Shown: piece after piece, positions 9,506-20,277 of the stretch
Layout of the letters: every line of letters starts with the position of its first letter
Position numbering within the stretch: position 1 is the stretch's first letter
Origin: Methanococcus maripaludis
Lineage (GTDB): Archaea > AGJL01 > Methanococci > Methanococcales > Methanococcaceae
Direction of reading: 5' to 3'
Assembly (NCBI RefSeq): GCF_002945325.1
Contig: NZ_CP026606.1
Span: 930,001 to 962,000 of the forward strand
Length of the DNA: 32,000 nucleotides
Notes under the pieces: model-generated
Told to the model about the DNA's origin: nothing
Seen by the model: the letters and a program-made list of their open reading frames with translations, nothing else
Databases searched by the model: none
Translations under genes and position numbers: made by a program

Positions 9506-10699
9506 TTATTTTCTTGTTAATCCTTCATAGATTGCTGCTTGGAGACCGTGGAATTTAACCATTCCAACAATTTCTCTCTGGTCCATTTCTTTGTTTTCGA
9601 ATGAAACCATTTCTTCGTTGTAGATTGCATCTTTGCTTTCTCTTCCAGCGATTCTCATTGAACCTTTGTAGAGTTTTAAAACTACTTTTCCGTTCATTCT
9701 TGTTTGTGTTTTATCAATAAAAGCATCCAAATCGAGTCTTAATGGTTCGTGCCAGAGTCCTTTGTATACCAAATCTGCGTATTTTGCGTCAACCATTTCT
9801 TTGAATACGAGTTCTTCTCTTGTTAAAACGAGCTGTTCAAGAGCTTTGTGTGCAGTTATTAAAAGCATTGCACCGGGGCATTCATAGTTTTCTCTTGATT
9901 TTAGACCTAAAACTCTATCCTCAACAATATCTACTCTTCCAACCCCATTTCTTCCTGCAATTTCGTTTGCTTTTCTTATTAATGAAACTGCTTCCAATGA
10001 ATCCCCGTTGATTGCTACAGGAACTCCTTCTTCAAATTCGATTTCTACGTATTCTTCTTTGTCTTGCGCATCTGTTGGGTCAACAGTCCATGCAAAACAT
10101 TCTTTTGGAGTTTCGGTCATAGGGTCTTCTAAAATTCCGCCCTCAATACTTCTTCCCCATAAGTTTTCATCGATACTGAATGGTTTTTCTAAGTCTACTG
10201 GAACTGGAATACCTTTTTCTTTTGCATATGCTATTTCTTCAGTTCTTGTAAGGTTTAAATCTCTGATTGGTGCTACAATTTCAATTTCAGGTGTTTTTGC
10301 CCTCATTACTGATTCAAATCTGAACTGGTCGTTTCCTTTTCCAGTGCATCCGTGTGAAATTGCGCTTGCTCCAACTTCTTGTGCAAGTTCTGCAATTTTT
10401 ATAGCAATTAAAGGTCTTGCAAGAGCGGTTGATAATGGGTATCCTTCGTAAAGTGCATTTGCTTTAATAGCTCTGAAAATGTAATCTTTTGCAAATTCTT
10501 CTTTTGCATCGATTGTGTAGTGTTTTAATACGCCGAATTTTTTTGCTTTTTCTTCTGGTTCTTTTAAATCGTCTTCAGGCTGGCCTACATCAACTGCTAC
10601 TGAAATTACTTTGTAGTCGTATTTGTCTTCGAGTAATTTTAAACAGCAGCTCGTGTCAAGCCCTCCAGAATATGCCAAAACTGCAATTTTTTCTTGCAT
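9506..10699 (-). CDS. argG: Argininosuccinate synthase
   Basis: [12 protein letters not shown]-loop, [23 protein letters not shown] and [13 protein letters not shown] 10699 follows a GGTGAT RBS. Confidence 0.97.
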   Translation of the reverse strand: MQEKIAVLAYSGGLDTSCCLKLLEDKYDYKVISVAVDVGQPEDDLKEPEEKAKKFGVLKHYTIDAKEEFAKDYIFRAIKANALYEGYPLSTALARPLIAIKIAELAQEVGASAISHGCTGKGNDQFRFESVMRAKTPEIEIVAPIRDLNLTRTEEIAYAKEKGIPVPVDLEKPFSIDENLWGRSIEGGILEDPMTETPKECFAWTVDPTDAQDKEEYVEIEFEEGVPVAINGDSLEAVSLIRKANEIAGRNGVGRVDIVEDRVLGLKSRENYECPGAMLLITAHKALEQLVLTREELVFKEMVDAKYADLVYKGLWHEPLRLDLDAFIDKTQTRMNGKVVLKLYKGSMRIAGRESKDAIYNEEMVSFENKEMDQREIVGMVKFHGLQAAIYEGLTRK

Positions 10700-10831
10700 G
10701 ATTATCACCTGTGTTTTATTTTTCCGTTCTATTTTTGATGTAAATAAATTGTAATCTAAAATTTATTCAATATATTATCTAAATAGTTATAAACTTTATT
10801 GTAAAAAAATGTGAAAATAAAATTTGAGTTA

Positions 10832-11812
10832 TTAAAGTTCATTTTTAAGAAGTTCTGCAACTGCAAAACTAGGTGTTGCAAGGGAAACGTCTTTTCCATA
10901 CCTTTCTGCAACAGAAATTACTTCAAAATCCGCTAATGCATCTTTTAAAATATTTTCTCCAAGTCCTGTTATTACAACTTTTTTGGAACCGTATTTTTCT
11001 GCCACATTTTCCACGTTTTCTAAAATTAACTCTTTCCATAATTCATAATAATTTTTTGCGATATTTTCTGCATCAATTTCTGAAATCTGATTCAAATCTG
11101 AGCATAAAACTTTTGAAATTCTAACTAAACTGCTTCTTTTATCTGTTCCTTTGCCGTCAGGTGTATCGCATGTGTATTCTTCAGTTGTTACTTTTTCCAA
11201 AACTACCGAAATATCCGCAGTTATTGCAAAATATTCTGAAGAAACGTTTGTATCTACGCCTTTAAACGATATCGTGTTTCCAAGATGTGAAATTGGGGTT
11301 CTGAGCGTTCCAACATACAACAATTCATGATTCATGAGTCTTTCAAGGTCTGTTTTTTCTGCAACCACTTTTCCCTCCACGATAGGGATAATGTCAGTTG
11401 TTGTTGAACCCATATCTACTAAAATACAGTTTTCTTCGATATTTTTTGAAACCCATTTTGCAGTTCCGCACCAGTTTGATGCAGAAACTTTCATGTAATT
11501 TGTTTTTGCGCTCTCAAGAGAAATAAAATTTCCATTACTATCAAAAACGGATATATTACTACCAAAAGCAGATTCTGCGGCATTTAATATATTATCTACG
11601 CCTTCTTTTTTTGTTTCATAAGAATCTGCAAGTTCTGCGGTCGTAACAAGTGCTACATGCGATACATCGTTTGAATACGTCTTTAAAACTTCTGCTAATT
11701 TATCGTTATTCTTCCACATTGGAAAATAAAGGTGGTGAACCTTAAATTCACCGTTTTCGTGAAGTTCTGTTATTTTTGTATTTGCTCCGCCAATATCTAT
11801 TCCCAAAATCAT
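10832..11812 (-). CDS. mfnF: H4MPT-linked C1 transfer pathway protein / hydantoinase-like ASKHA-fold enzyme, methanofuran biosynthesis MfnF-like
   Basis: ILGIDIGGANTK, CILVDMGSTTTDIIPI and VVITGLGENIL. ATG at 11812 after a GGTG RBS. Confidence 0.75.
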   Translation of the reverse strand: MILGIDIGGANTKITELHENGEFKVHHLYFPMWKNNDKLAEVLKTYSNDVSHVALVTTAELADSYETKKEGVDNILNAAESAFGSNISVFDSNGNFISLESAKTNYMKVSASNWCGTAKWVSKNIEENCILVDMGSTTTDIIPIVEGKVVAEKTDLERLMNHELLYVGTLRTPISHLGNTISFKGVDTNVSSEYFAITADISVVLEKVTTEEYTCDTPDGKGTDKRSSLVRISKVLCSDLNQISEIDAENIAKNYYELWKELILENVENVAEKYGSKKVVITGLGENILKDALADFEVISVAERYGKDVSLATPSFAVAELLKNEL

Positions 11813-11926
11813 TTTCACACCATAGTTAAATAAAAATAAAAAATCATTTTTAAAAGATAAGTTTAATTATAGATAATCACAATATTATTTAAAGTTAATT
11901 TGGTTAATTAAGCGTTATGTGAAATT

Positions 11927-13000
11927 ATGAACGACAATCCTGCCACAAATAAGGTTTTTAAAGAAGTTTCGAGCCTATATAAACAATACTTTGAATATGC
12001 CATACTTGTTCGAAAATGGCTTGAAATTCCTGATGATTTAAGTCATAGGGAAATTGGCTACGGGATGTTAAAAAAAGTAGACAATAGAAATATGTCTTTT
12101 AACACAGAAAGAGACTATTTAGCTTGGGTTTTAAAAGAATCCCCATTTCACTTGTATAAATCACTTTCTTACATGGAATACCCAGATATTGTTGGGGGCG
12201 CTGCAAAAAAAGGTCTGTTTAAAAGAGAAGTTGCATTTGATATTGATACGCATAAAACAGAAAAGTGTACTCATGACGATTCATGGATATGCGAAGAGTG
12301 TTTGGGTGAAGCTAGAAATCAGGTTTTAATTTTAATTGAAGATTTTTTATTTCCTGATTTTGGACTCGACAAAAAAGATTTAAAAATAGTATTTACTGGA
12401 AACCGAGGCTACCACATATATCTAAAACCCGAAGACCCCGAATTGCTTAAAAGAATAGAAAAATGGGGAAAAAACGAAAGAAGATACTTTATTGAATATA
12501 TTTTGGGAAAAAATCTAAATTTAAGGAATATGGGAAGTCGGTGGAAAAATATACTGATAAGAGAATTTAATAAAAACAAGATTGCAACAAAAAAGTTTGA
12601 AAAAACTTCAGACTGGAAAACTGAAATCGATAATAGGAAAGACAATACAAGGCGGAAAATATACGAAACGATCGATAAAGTAAAAAGCAGGCTTGAACTC
12701 GACGAAAAAGTTATGGATGATGATATCCGGCTTCTTAGAACCATTGGATCACTTCACGGGTACACTGGACTTATGGTAAAAGAAATAACTTATAATTCAT
12801 TGAAAAATAACCAGTTCGATCCATTAAATCATGGCGTATTTGCCAAATTCCATAAAAAAATGTACAATGTAAAAATAAAACAGGAACTTGATCCTTTAAC
12901 ACTAAAAGGAGATACTTTTGACCACAATTCAACAGAAATTCCTGCAAGCTATTTATTATTCCTCTTTGGACACGGTATCGACTTTGAAATCTTAGAATAA
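11927..13000 (+). CDS. priS: DNA primase small (catalytic) subunit
   Basis: VAFDIDTHK catalytic acidic motif, CxxC...C zinc-like knuckle (KCTHDDSWICEEC), FTGNRGYHIYL and LRTIGSLHGYTGLMV. Confidence 0.92.
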   Translation: MNDNPATNKVFKEVSSLYKQYFEYAILVRKWLEIPDDLSHREIGYGMLKKVDNRNMSFNTERDYLAWVLKESPFHLYKSLSYMEYPDIVGGAAKKGLFKREVAFDIDTHKTEKCTHDDSWICEECLGEARNQVLILIEDFLFPDFGLDKKDLKIVFTGNRGYHIYLKPEDPELLKRIEKWGKNERRYFIEYILGKNLNLRNMGSRWKNILIREFNKNKIATKKFEKTSDWKTEIDNRKDNTRRKIYETIDKVKSRLELDEKVMDDDIRLLRTIGSLHGYTGLMVKEITYNSLKNNQFDPLNHGVFAKFHKKMYNVKIKQELDPLTLKGDTFDHNSTEIPASYLLFLFGHGIDFEILE

Positions 13001-13067
13001 TTTTTATTTTTTTAAAAAATTAAAATAGTATATCTAAATTTATAAATTAATTTGCCTAAAATAAAAA

Positions 13068-13143
13068 TGGTAGCCCAGCGCGGATTCGAACCGCGGTCCC
13101 ATGCTCCAAAGGCACGGATGATTGGCCACTACACTACTGGGCT
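13068..13143 (-). tRNA. tRNA-Gln (anticodon UUG)
   Basis: Reverse complement AGCCCAG...CCGTGC-CTTTGGA-GCATGG...GCGGTTCGAATCCGC...CTGGGCT-A-CCA. It folds as a cloverleaf, has the A1-U72 pair expected of archaeal tRNA-Gln, and CCA is encoded. TATA-like box at about 13180-13188. Confidence 0.93.
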
Positions 13144-13350
13144 TCTTTAATAGTTGCACTAATTAGATTGGAATTACGGTATATAAAGTTTTCGGTAAAA
13201 TTCATTCTTTTAAAAGCGTTTGAAATATTGATTAAATAGAGATATTCGGATTAATTCTAAAAATAGACTTTATTAATGAGTTAAATAATTTCAAAAAATT
13301 GGATTTAATTTTATAAAAAAATTAATAAAAAATATGAACAATACCAAAAA

Positions 13351-13384
13351 GTTTATATATTGTTTTTGAGTTAGTTGATATGCA
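13351..13384 (+). promoter_or_regulatory. Promoter of tRNA-Thr (box A and box B)
   Basis: GTTTATATAT at 13351-13360 and ATGC at about 13380-13383, with the spacing expected for methanococcal stable RNA promoters. Confidence 0.75.
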
Positions 13385-13402
13385 AATTGTAGGTTTAAGT
13401 GT

Positions 13403-13476
13403 GCTTCAGTGGCTCAGCCTGGTAGAGCGCCTGCTTGGTAAGCAGGAGGCCGCGGGTTCAAACCCCGCCTGAAGCT
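13403..13476 (+). tRNA. tRNA-Thr (anticodon GGU)
   Basis: GCTTCAG/CTGAAGC acceptor, GCTC/GAGC D stem, CCTGC-TTGGTAA-GCAGG anticodon arm and GCGGG-TTCAAAC-CCCGC T arm. CCA not encoded. Confidence 0.94.
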
Positions 13477-13520
13477 CGTTTTTTATTTTGGGAAAATATA
13501 TTTATACATTCAAATATATT

Positions 13521-14459
13521 TTAAAATTTTACAAACTCCCCGAAAAATCCATTTTTAGAAAGTAGTTCTTTATCTTTTGAATTTAACGACTGTTTTTTTA
13601 AAGGAGGGATTGCCGAACCATCCTTCGCATAAATTACCCCTTTTTTCTTTTTTGAGCCTAAAAATTTACCTGCATTTCCATCAATAATTATTGTTCCAGA
13701 TATCATGTCAGAAGCAGTGAAATCTCCTGTGTTTCCAGTTATAATTACAGTTCCACCTCTTAACACTGATCCAGTATTTTTTCCAGCATTTCCATTAACC
13801 AAAACAGTTCCATTCTTCATTAAAATTCCTGTGCTCAAATCCACATTTCCATTTACAGTGATTTTTGATCCATTTTCAAGTCTGGCACCAATCGTGTCTC
13901 TAATTACATTATCATTTAAAATTAATTCGTTGTTCTTAAAAACGTTTGGTTTTAAAACTTTTTCTTGTGAATTAGATTCCATTAATTCAGTGATTGAAAT
14001 ATATTTTTTATATCCTGAAATATCGCTTTCAACTTCAATTATATTTCCAATGGGCTCTTTTAAGCTAAATTTTTCGTTTAAATAAACAGTTCCAGAAACC
14101 ATGCTTATCCCAAATCTCGTGTCAATGTTTCCATCAACAATAACAGTACCGGTTTGAATTTTACCTCCCGATCCTCCAAAATACTTTAAATCGGCACCCA
14201 TCGAACTGCAAAACCGGTGTCCCACATCCCCCTTAATATAAACTACATTTTCAGGATTTTTTATGTGGTTTACTAATTTTTCGTAAGATATTCCACCAGA
14301 TACATCACCTTTGATGTCAAAATTACTCTGCCATATAAAGTTGTAAGTAAAATCAAGAATACAATCTTTAGAATCATTTAATATAAGTTCCAGTACATTT
14401 TTATCGTTTAAATAGTCCTCGACTGCCTTTTTTTTCTTTTTAAATATTCCAAAGACCAT
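13521..14459 (-). CDS. Orphan GXGXG (glutamate synthase domain 3-like) protein
   Basis: Repeats such as [57 protein letters not shown] (first residues as in the translated [13 protein letters not shown]...). Unrelated N-terminal half. Confidence 0.8.
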   Translation of the reverse strand: MVFGIFKKKKKAVEDYLNDKNVLELILNDSKDCILDFTYNFIWQSNFDIKGDVSGGISYEKLVNHIKNPENVVYIKGDVGHRFCSSMGADLKYFGGSGGKIQTGTVIVDGNIDTRFGISMVSGTVYLNEKFSLKEPIGNIIEVESDISGYKKYISITELMESNSQEKVLKPNVFKNNELILNDNVIRDTIGARLENGSKITVNGNVDLSTGILMKNGTVLVNGNAGKNTGSVLRGGTVIITGNTGDFTASDMISGTIIIDGNAGKFLGSKKKKGVIYAKDGSAIPPLKKQSLNSKDKELLSKNGFFGEFVKF

Positions 14460-14566
14460 GAAACCACCCTGGACAAAATTATACTTATAAATCTTTAATT
14501 AAAAGTATTAAAATTAGGCTTTTTTGATTTTAAAAAATAATATTTATTAAATTCCCCATTAAGCAA

Positions 14567-14659
14567 CTTTATATATTATGAAAATATAGTAAACTGTGTG
14601 GACAATACCCCACAATGAATATTAAACCCCTCAAAAAAATATTTGCTGAAAACAGTTAA
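14567..14659 (+). other. Possible small transcript or micro-ORF in the 14460-14712 intergenic region
   Basis: TATA-like CTTTATATAT at 14567-14576. A GTGG...CCAC hairpin begins about 30 nt downstream (14598-14613), followed by a 14-codon ORF from ATG 14615 (MNIKPLKKIFAENS). Confidence 0.25.
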
Positions 14660-14712
14660 AATCATTATTGTCGACAGTTAAATGACCCAATAAAGATCCA
14701 ACGATAATAGAC

Positions 14713-15012
14713 CTAAAACACGAATAAATATTTCTTTAAATCGGTTATTTTACCCCCAGAAATAACCAACCCCTCGTTTTTTAAAATTTCTATCTTTTTT
14801 TCAACCCCGTTGACATATCCTCCAACGTAGCCGTTAGAATTTACAACCCTGTGGCACGGCACTGTTAAAATTTTTGGATTATTTTTCATCGCATTTCCTA
14901 CAGCCCTATAAGCTTTAGTATTTAGAGCTTCTGCTATTATCTTGTACGTGGTGACTTTTCCTCTTGGAATCTGCATTATAAGGTCGTAGCACTGTTCATT
15001 GAATGTTTTCAT
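14713..15012 (-). CDS. ogt: Short methylated-DNA--protein-cysteine methyltransferase (C-terminal domain only)
   Basis: 99 aa; IPRGKVTTYKIIAEAL, RAVGNAMKNNP and the PCHRVV active-site motif with Cys retained. Confidence 0.85.
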   Translation of the reverse strand: MKTFNEQCYDLIMQIPRGKVTTYKIIAEALNTKAYRAVGNAMKNNPKILTVPCHRVVNSNGYVGGYVNGVEKKIEILKNEGLVISGGKITDLKKYLFVF

Positions 15013-15071
15013 GAAAAATACTCTGATTTTAACATATAAAAATAAATTTCTAAAAAAGTAAAAGTAAATAT

Positions 15072-16307
15072 TTAGTTTTCTTTAGGGTATGCAGGAAGTT
15101 TGTGGATTGAAATATCAAGCCCTGCTTTTTCTTCAGATTCTTTAACTCTTAAACCGCCAGTAACTGCTCCAACAAGTTTTCCGAGAATAAATCCTGCACC
15201 AGTTCCATAAACTGCACAAATTAATGTTGCAATTATCTGTTCGGTAAGGCTGACCCCACCAACACCGCCAAATGCAGTCATTCCAAATATCCCTGCCAAA
15301 ATTGCACCAAGTGCTCCAGATGTTGCGTGTACAGGAATTACACCACATACATCGTCCAATCCCAATTTTTCAACAATTTTAAATATTAATGGTACCTGGG
15401 ATCCTGCGATAAATCCAATTATTAAAGCTCCAAGCGGGCTTACAATATCAGTTCCTGCACAAATTGCAACAGTTCCTGCTAAAAGACCGTTTGCAGTATA
15501 TAACACATCGTTTTTAGAGAATAAACATCCTCCAAGACCCCCACCTGCCATTGCAAGCGTTGTTGTTGCACATACTAATCCTGAAATATCACTCAATGCA
15601 AGTGAACTTCCAACGTTAAATCCGTACCATCCAAATGCAAGAATGTATGCACCTAGAATCGACATTGGGATGTTGTGTCCCGGAATTGTTATTGCTTTTT
15701 TATTTACGAATCTACCAACTCTTGGACCGATTGCTGCAATTAAACCAAGTGCTAAAAATCCGCCAACACCGTGAACCATTAAACTTCCTGCATAGTCGTG
15801 GAATGGAATTACTCCTGCACCCCACGGCCCAAGATAACTAAAGAATGGGTACAACAAAGCCGTTATAACGATTGAAATTAAAATATATGATTTAAATTTA
15901 ATTCTCTCTGCAATTCCTCCTGCAACAATAGTTGCCGCAGTTGCCGCAAATACGAGTCCTAAAAACCAGTTTGCAAGTTCCAGCCCATTGTTTGAAAGGA
16001 ATGGAGTTGCACTTGCAATTTTTCCCCACCAAATAAAGAAATCTGCAGGGTTTAATGTTCTAGCAATTACTGAACCGACTAAAAGCCAAGAAATACATCC
16101 AATGATCCAGTCGCCCATGTTCTTCATCATTGCATTGTTTACGTTCTTTTCTCGAACCTGACCGCCTTCAAGCATTGCAAATCCAAGGTGCATTATGAAG
16201 ATAAAAGCACCAGTAAAAATTAAAAACATTACATCGCTTGAGTTTGCAAGCGTATTTAACGCATCCATAATATTTGTAGGGTTATTGAATAAATCTGCCG
16301 TCACCAT
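15072..16307 (-). CDS. amtB: Ammonium transporter
   Basis: AMLEGGQVREKNVNNAMMKN, DYAGSLMVHGVGGFLAL, GWYGFNVGS and HATSGALGA Amt signatures. 411 aa, multi-pass. Confidence 0.96.
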   Translation of the reverse strand: MVTADLFNNPTNIMDALNTLANSSDVMFLIFTGAFIFIMHLGFAMLEGGQVREKNVNNAMMKNMGDWIIGCISWLLVGSVIARTLNPADFFIWWGKIASATPFLSNNGLELANWFLGLVFAATAATIVAGGIAERIKFKSYILISIVITALLYPFFSYLGPWGAGVIPFHDYAGSLMVHGVGGFLALGLIAAIGPRVGRFVNKKAITIPGHNIPMSILGAYILAFGWYGFNVGSSLALSDISGLVCATTTLAMAGGGLGGCLFSKNDVLYTANGLLAGTVAICAGTDIVSPLGALIIGFIAGSQVPLIFKIVEKLGLDDVCGVIPVHATSGALGAILAGIFGMTAFGGVGGVSLTEQIIATLICAVYGTGAGFILGKLVGAVTGGLRVKESEEKAGLDISIHKLPAYPKEN

Positions 16308-16335
16308 ATTTACGCACCATTAAAATTTAATAATA

Positions 16336-16728
<393 letters not shown>

Positions 16729-16765
16729 TTAAGGAAAACCCATACCTTGAAAAATGTATGATATA

Positions 16766-16812
16766 GGAACCGGAATTCTTATTCTTACTTAAAAATAAAA
16801 CTGATATAAATA
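16766..16812 (-). promoter_or_regulatory. Promoter with probable degenerate NrpR-type operator upstream of glnK(16336-16674)-amtB(15072-16307)
   Basis: GGAACCGGAATTCT at 16766-16779 (GGAA-N6-TTCt) lies about 25 nt from an ATTTATATCA box at 16803-16812 on the minus strand. Confidence 0.65.
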
Positions 16813-16873
16813 TTCCTATCAAAATAGATAAATTTGAATATTTGAAAAAAAGAATAAAAAATATTTTTAGAAG

Positions 16874-17290
<417 letters not shown>

Positions 17291-17315
17291 TCAATAAAAA
17301 AAAGTAAAAAATTAA

Positions 17316-18542
17316 TTATTCGTCAGGGTAAGCTGGCAATTTGTGTTCTGCAAGATCGAGACCCATTTTTTCTTCTTCTTCAGTAACTCTGAGTCCACCT
17401 GTGAATCCACCAACTAATTTTCCAAGACCGAATCCTAATCCTGTACCGTATACTACTGTTAATCCTGCTGCAATAAGCTGGTTTACCAAACTTACTCCAC
17501 CAGCACCACCAAGAGCAACCATTCCAAAGACACCTGTTAAGACACCTCCTAAAATACCTGCTGTACCGTGTACTGGAATTACACCACATACGTCATCCAA
17601 TCCCATTTTTTCAACGATTTTGTAGACGATTGGTACCTGAATTCCTGCAACAAGCCCGATAATTAATGCTCCTATTGGGCTTACAACATCCGTTCCTGAA
17701 CAGATTGCAACTAAACCTGCCACAATACCGTTTGCTGTGAATAATACATCATCTTTTGACGCTAGGAGTGCTCCAATACCTCCACCTGCCATTGCAAGTG
17801 TTGTTGTTGCACATACTAATCCAGAAATATCTGCAACTGCAAATGAACTTCCTACGTTAAATCCGTACCATCCGATTGCAAGAACAAATGCCCCGAATAC
17901 TGACATTGGGATATTGTGTCCTGGAATTGAAATTGCTTTTTTGTTAACGAATTTTCCAATCCTAGGTCCAAGAGCCGCAATTGCTCCAAGTGCTAAGAAA
18001 CCACCTAGACCGTGTACAACGAAACTTCCAGCGTAATCGTTGAATGGAATCATTCCTGAACCCCAAGGTCCAAGGTACACAAACAGCGGGTATAGTATCG
18101 CAGTTATGATTATTGACATTAATAAGTATGATTTAAATTTAATCCTTTCTGCAACACCACCTGATACAATTGTAGCTGCAGTTGCTGCGAATACCAGTCC
18201 AAAGAACCAGTTTGCTAAGTCTATTCCATTATTTGCAAAGTTTGTTGTAAATATTTGTCCCCACCAGCTGAAGAAGTCCGCAGGAACAAGTGAAACTGAA
18301 AGAACACCACCTATGAAAAGCCATGAAACTGCTCCAATTAACCAGTCTGCCATGTTTTTCATCATTACGTTGTTAACATTTTTCTTTCTGACCTGACCGC
18401 CTTCGAGAAGTGCAAATCCTAACTGCATTGCAAACACAAGTACTCCCATTAATACTAAGAACATTACATCTCCAGAAGTTGCCAATGTACTGAGCCCTGT
18501 TACGATGTTTGTGGGGTCAGCAAATAAATCTGCCGTTGCCAT
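17316..18542 (-). CDS. amtB: Ammonium transporter
   Basis: ALLEGGQVRKKNVNNVMMKN, DYAGSFVVHGLGGFLAL and GTAGILGG Amt signatures. ATG 18542 follows an AGGTGA RBS. Confidence 0.96.
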   Translation of the reverse strand: MATADLFADPTNIVTGLSTLATSGDVMFLVLMGVLVFAMQLGFALLEGGQVRKKNVNNVMMKNMADWLIGAVSWLFIGGVLSVSLVPADFFSWWGQIFTTNFANNGIDLANWFFGLVFAATAATIVSGGVAERIKFKSYLLMSIIITAILYPLFVYLGPWGSGMIPFNDYAGSFVVHGLGGFLALGAIAALGPRIGKFVNKKAISIPGHNIPMSVFGAFVLAIGWYGFNVGSSFAVADISGLVCATTTLAMAGGGIGALLASKDDVLFTANGIVAGLVAICSGTDVVSPIGALIIGLVAGIQVPIVYKIVEKMGLDDVCGVIPVHGTAGILGGVLTGVFGMVALGGAGGVSLVNQLIAAGLTVVYGTGLGFGLGKLVGGFTGGLRVTEEEEKMGLDLAEHKLPAYPDE

Positions 18543-18568
18543 AATTTTCACCTGATTTTATTTTTAAT

Positions 18569-18907
<339 letters not shown>

Positions 18908-19023
18908 TTAAACACCCCTTCGTGTCTTTGATATTTTTTAAGATTGATAAAGTGGTAATCATGATTCACGCGTATGAAATTTCGATTTTTATAGGTCATT
19001 TAATATTTTGTAAATAGGGGTAT

Positions 19024-19049
19024 ATTACCTTATTTTTCAACAAGGTAAT
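19024..19049 (-). repeat. Leader hairpin upstream of glnK-amtB
   Basis: ATTACCTT (19024-19031), 10-nt loop, AAGGTAAT (19042-19049). Perfect 8-bp arms between the predicted TSS and the glnK start. Confidence 0.65.
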
Positions 19050-19128
19050 GTCGGTTATTTGGTTTTTTAATGGTTTTTGGCTATTTTAAGGTTAATGGTG
19101 CGATATAGTGATTTGGTTGGTGCGTCTC

Positions 19129-19186
19129 GGAAGGAACCGGAATTCCTTTTCCGATGATACTACATAGACATACATCCTATATAAAG
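19129..19186 (-). promoter_or_regulatory. NrpR-regulated promoter of glnK(18569-18907)-amtB(17316-18542)
   Basis: GGAACCGGAATTCC at 19133-19146 matches the NrpR operator consensus GGAA-N6-TTCC, inside outer arms CGGAA...TTCCG (19128-19153). TATA box CTTTATATAG (minus strand) at 19177-19186. Confidence 0.82.
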
Positions 19187-19298
19187 ATAATTTAAATCTA
19201 AAAATTTAAATCTTTTTTAATCCAAATAGACCAATAAATAGATATATTTTTCAGATAAAAGAAGAATTTAAAGAGTTTGAAAAATTAAAAAAAGAAAG

Positions 19299-20183
19299 TT
19301 ATTCTCTTACGACCATTGTACCCACGCCATCTTCCGTGAAAATTTCAAGAAGAACTGCATGAGGTGTTTTTCCATTTACTATGTGCACACTTTGAACGCC
19401 TTTGTTTAATGCATTGATACATGCTTCAATTTTTGGAATCATACCGCCAGTAATAAGTCCTTTTTCAATCATGTCTTCAATTTGAGGAATGGTTAATCTT
19501 CTGTGAAGTGTAGACGGATCATTTATATCATCCATTATTCCATCGACATCGGTAACCATTATAAGTTTTTCTGCATCCATTGCACCCGCAATGTCTCCTG
19601 CAGCAATGTCTGCGTTTAGATTCAAGTCATTTCCCTGGTGATCGACACCTATTGGTGAAATTACCGGAATGTACCTTTTTTCAACCAGTATGTCTATTAA
19701 TTTTGTATCGACGTGTTCGACTTCCCCGACCATTCCAAGATCTACTTCGATTTTTTGACTGTCTTTCATTAAATACTGGATTTTTTTCTTTGCTTTAATT
19801 AATTGACCTGATTTTCCAGAAAGACCGACAGATTTTCCGCCGTATCGTTCTAATTTTGAAACAATGTCGCCATTTATTTTACCAATAAGAACCATTTTAA
19901 CAATATCAAGTGTTTCTTCATCAGTTACACGAAGCCCGTGAATAAATTCAGGGGTTTTTCCCATTTTTTCCATCGCACGATTGATTTCAGGGCCGCCACC
20001 GTGTACTACTATCGGGTTTATGCCAACATATTTCAAAAGCACGAGGTCTTTTGCAATCCAGTTCTTTGCCTGCTCGTTTACCATAGCGTGGCCGCCGTAC
20101 TTAATTAAAATCTTCTGATCGTGAAATTTACAGATGTAAGGCAGGGCTTCGATTAAAATTTCTGCTTTTGTGTAGTCTTCCAT
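19299..20183 (-). CDS. argB: N-acetylglutamate kinase
   Basis: IKYGGHAM, VVHGGGPEIN, NLNADIAAGDIAGAM, GGMIPKIEACINAL. Confidence 0.95.
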   Translation of the reverse strand: MEDYTKAEILIEALPYICKFHDQKILIKYGGHAMVNEQAKNWIAKDLVLLKYVGINPIVVHGGGPEINRAMEKMGKTPEFIHGLRVTDEETLDIVKMVLIGKINGDIVSKLERYGGKSVGLSGKSGQLIKAKKKIQYLMKDSQKIEVDLGMVGEVEHVDTKLIDILVEKRYIPVISPIGVDHQGNDLNLNADIAAGDIAGAMDAEKLIMVTDVDGIMDDINDPSTLHRRLTIPQIEDMIEKGLITGGMIPKIEACINALNKGVQSVHIVNGKTPHAVLLEIFTEDGVGTMVVRE

Positions 20184-20277
20184 GTTACCCGCTCACCAAA
20201 ATATTTAAATATTGTTTTTTCATATTCTATATGATTTAATATTTATACATTTTTTAATCCATGCGGAGGTGCATACT

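Noticed and set aside
13146-13402. A further small RNA between the two tRNA genes
   Set aside because: The gap is AT-rich, contains the promoters of both tRNAs, and I found no convincing additional fold.
20212-20277. N-terminal extension [22 protein letters not shown] of the L31e ORF
   Set aside because: L31e begins at [11 protein letters not shown] with a GGAGGTG RBS immediately upstream; the extension is the in-frame promoter/leader.
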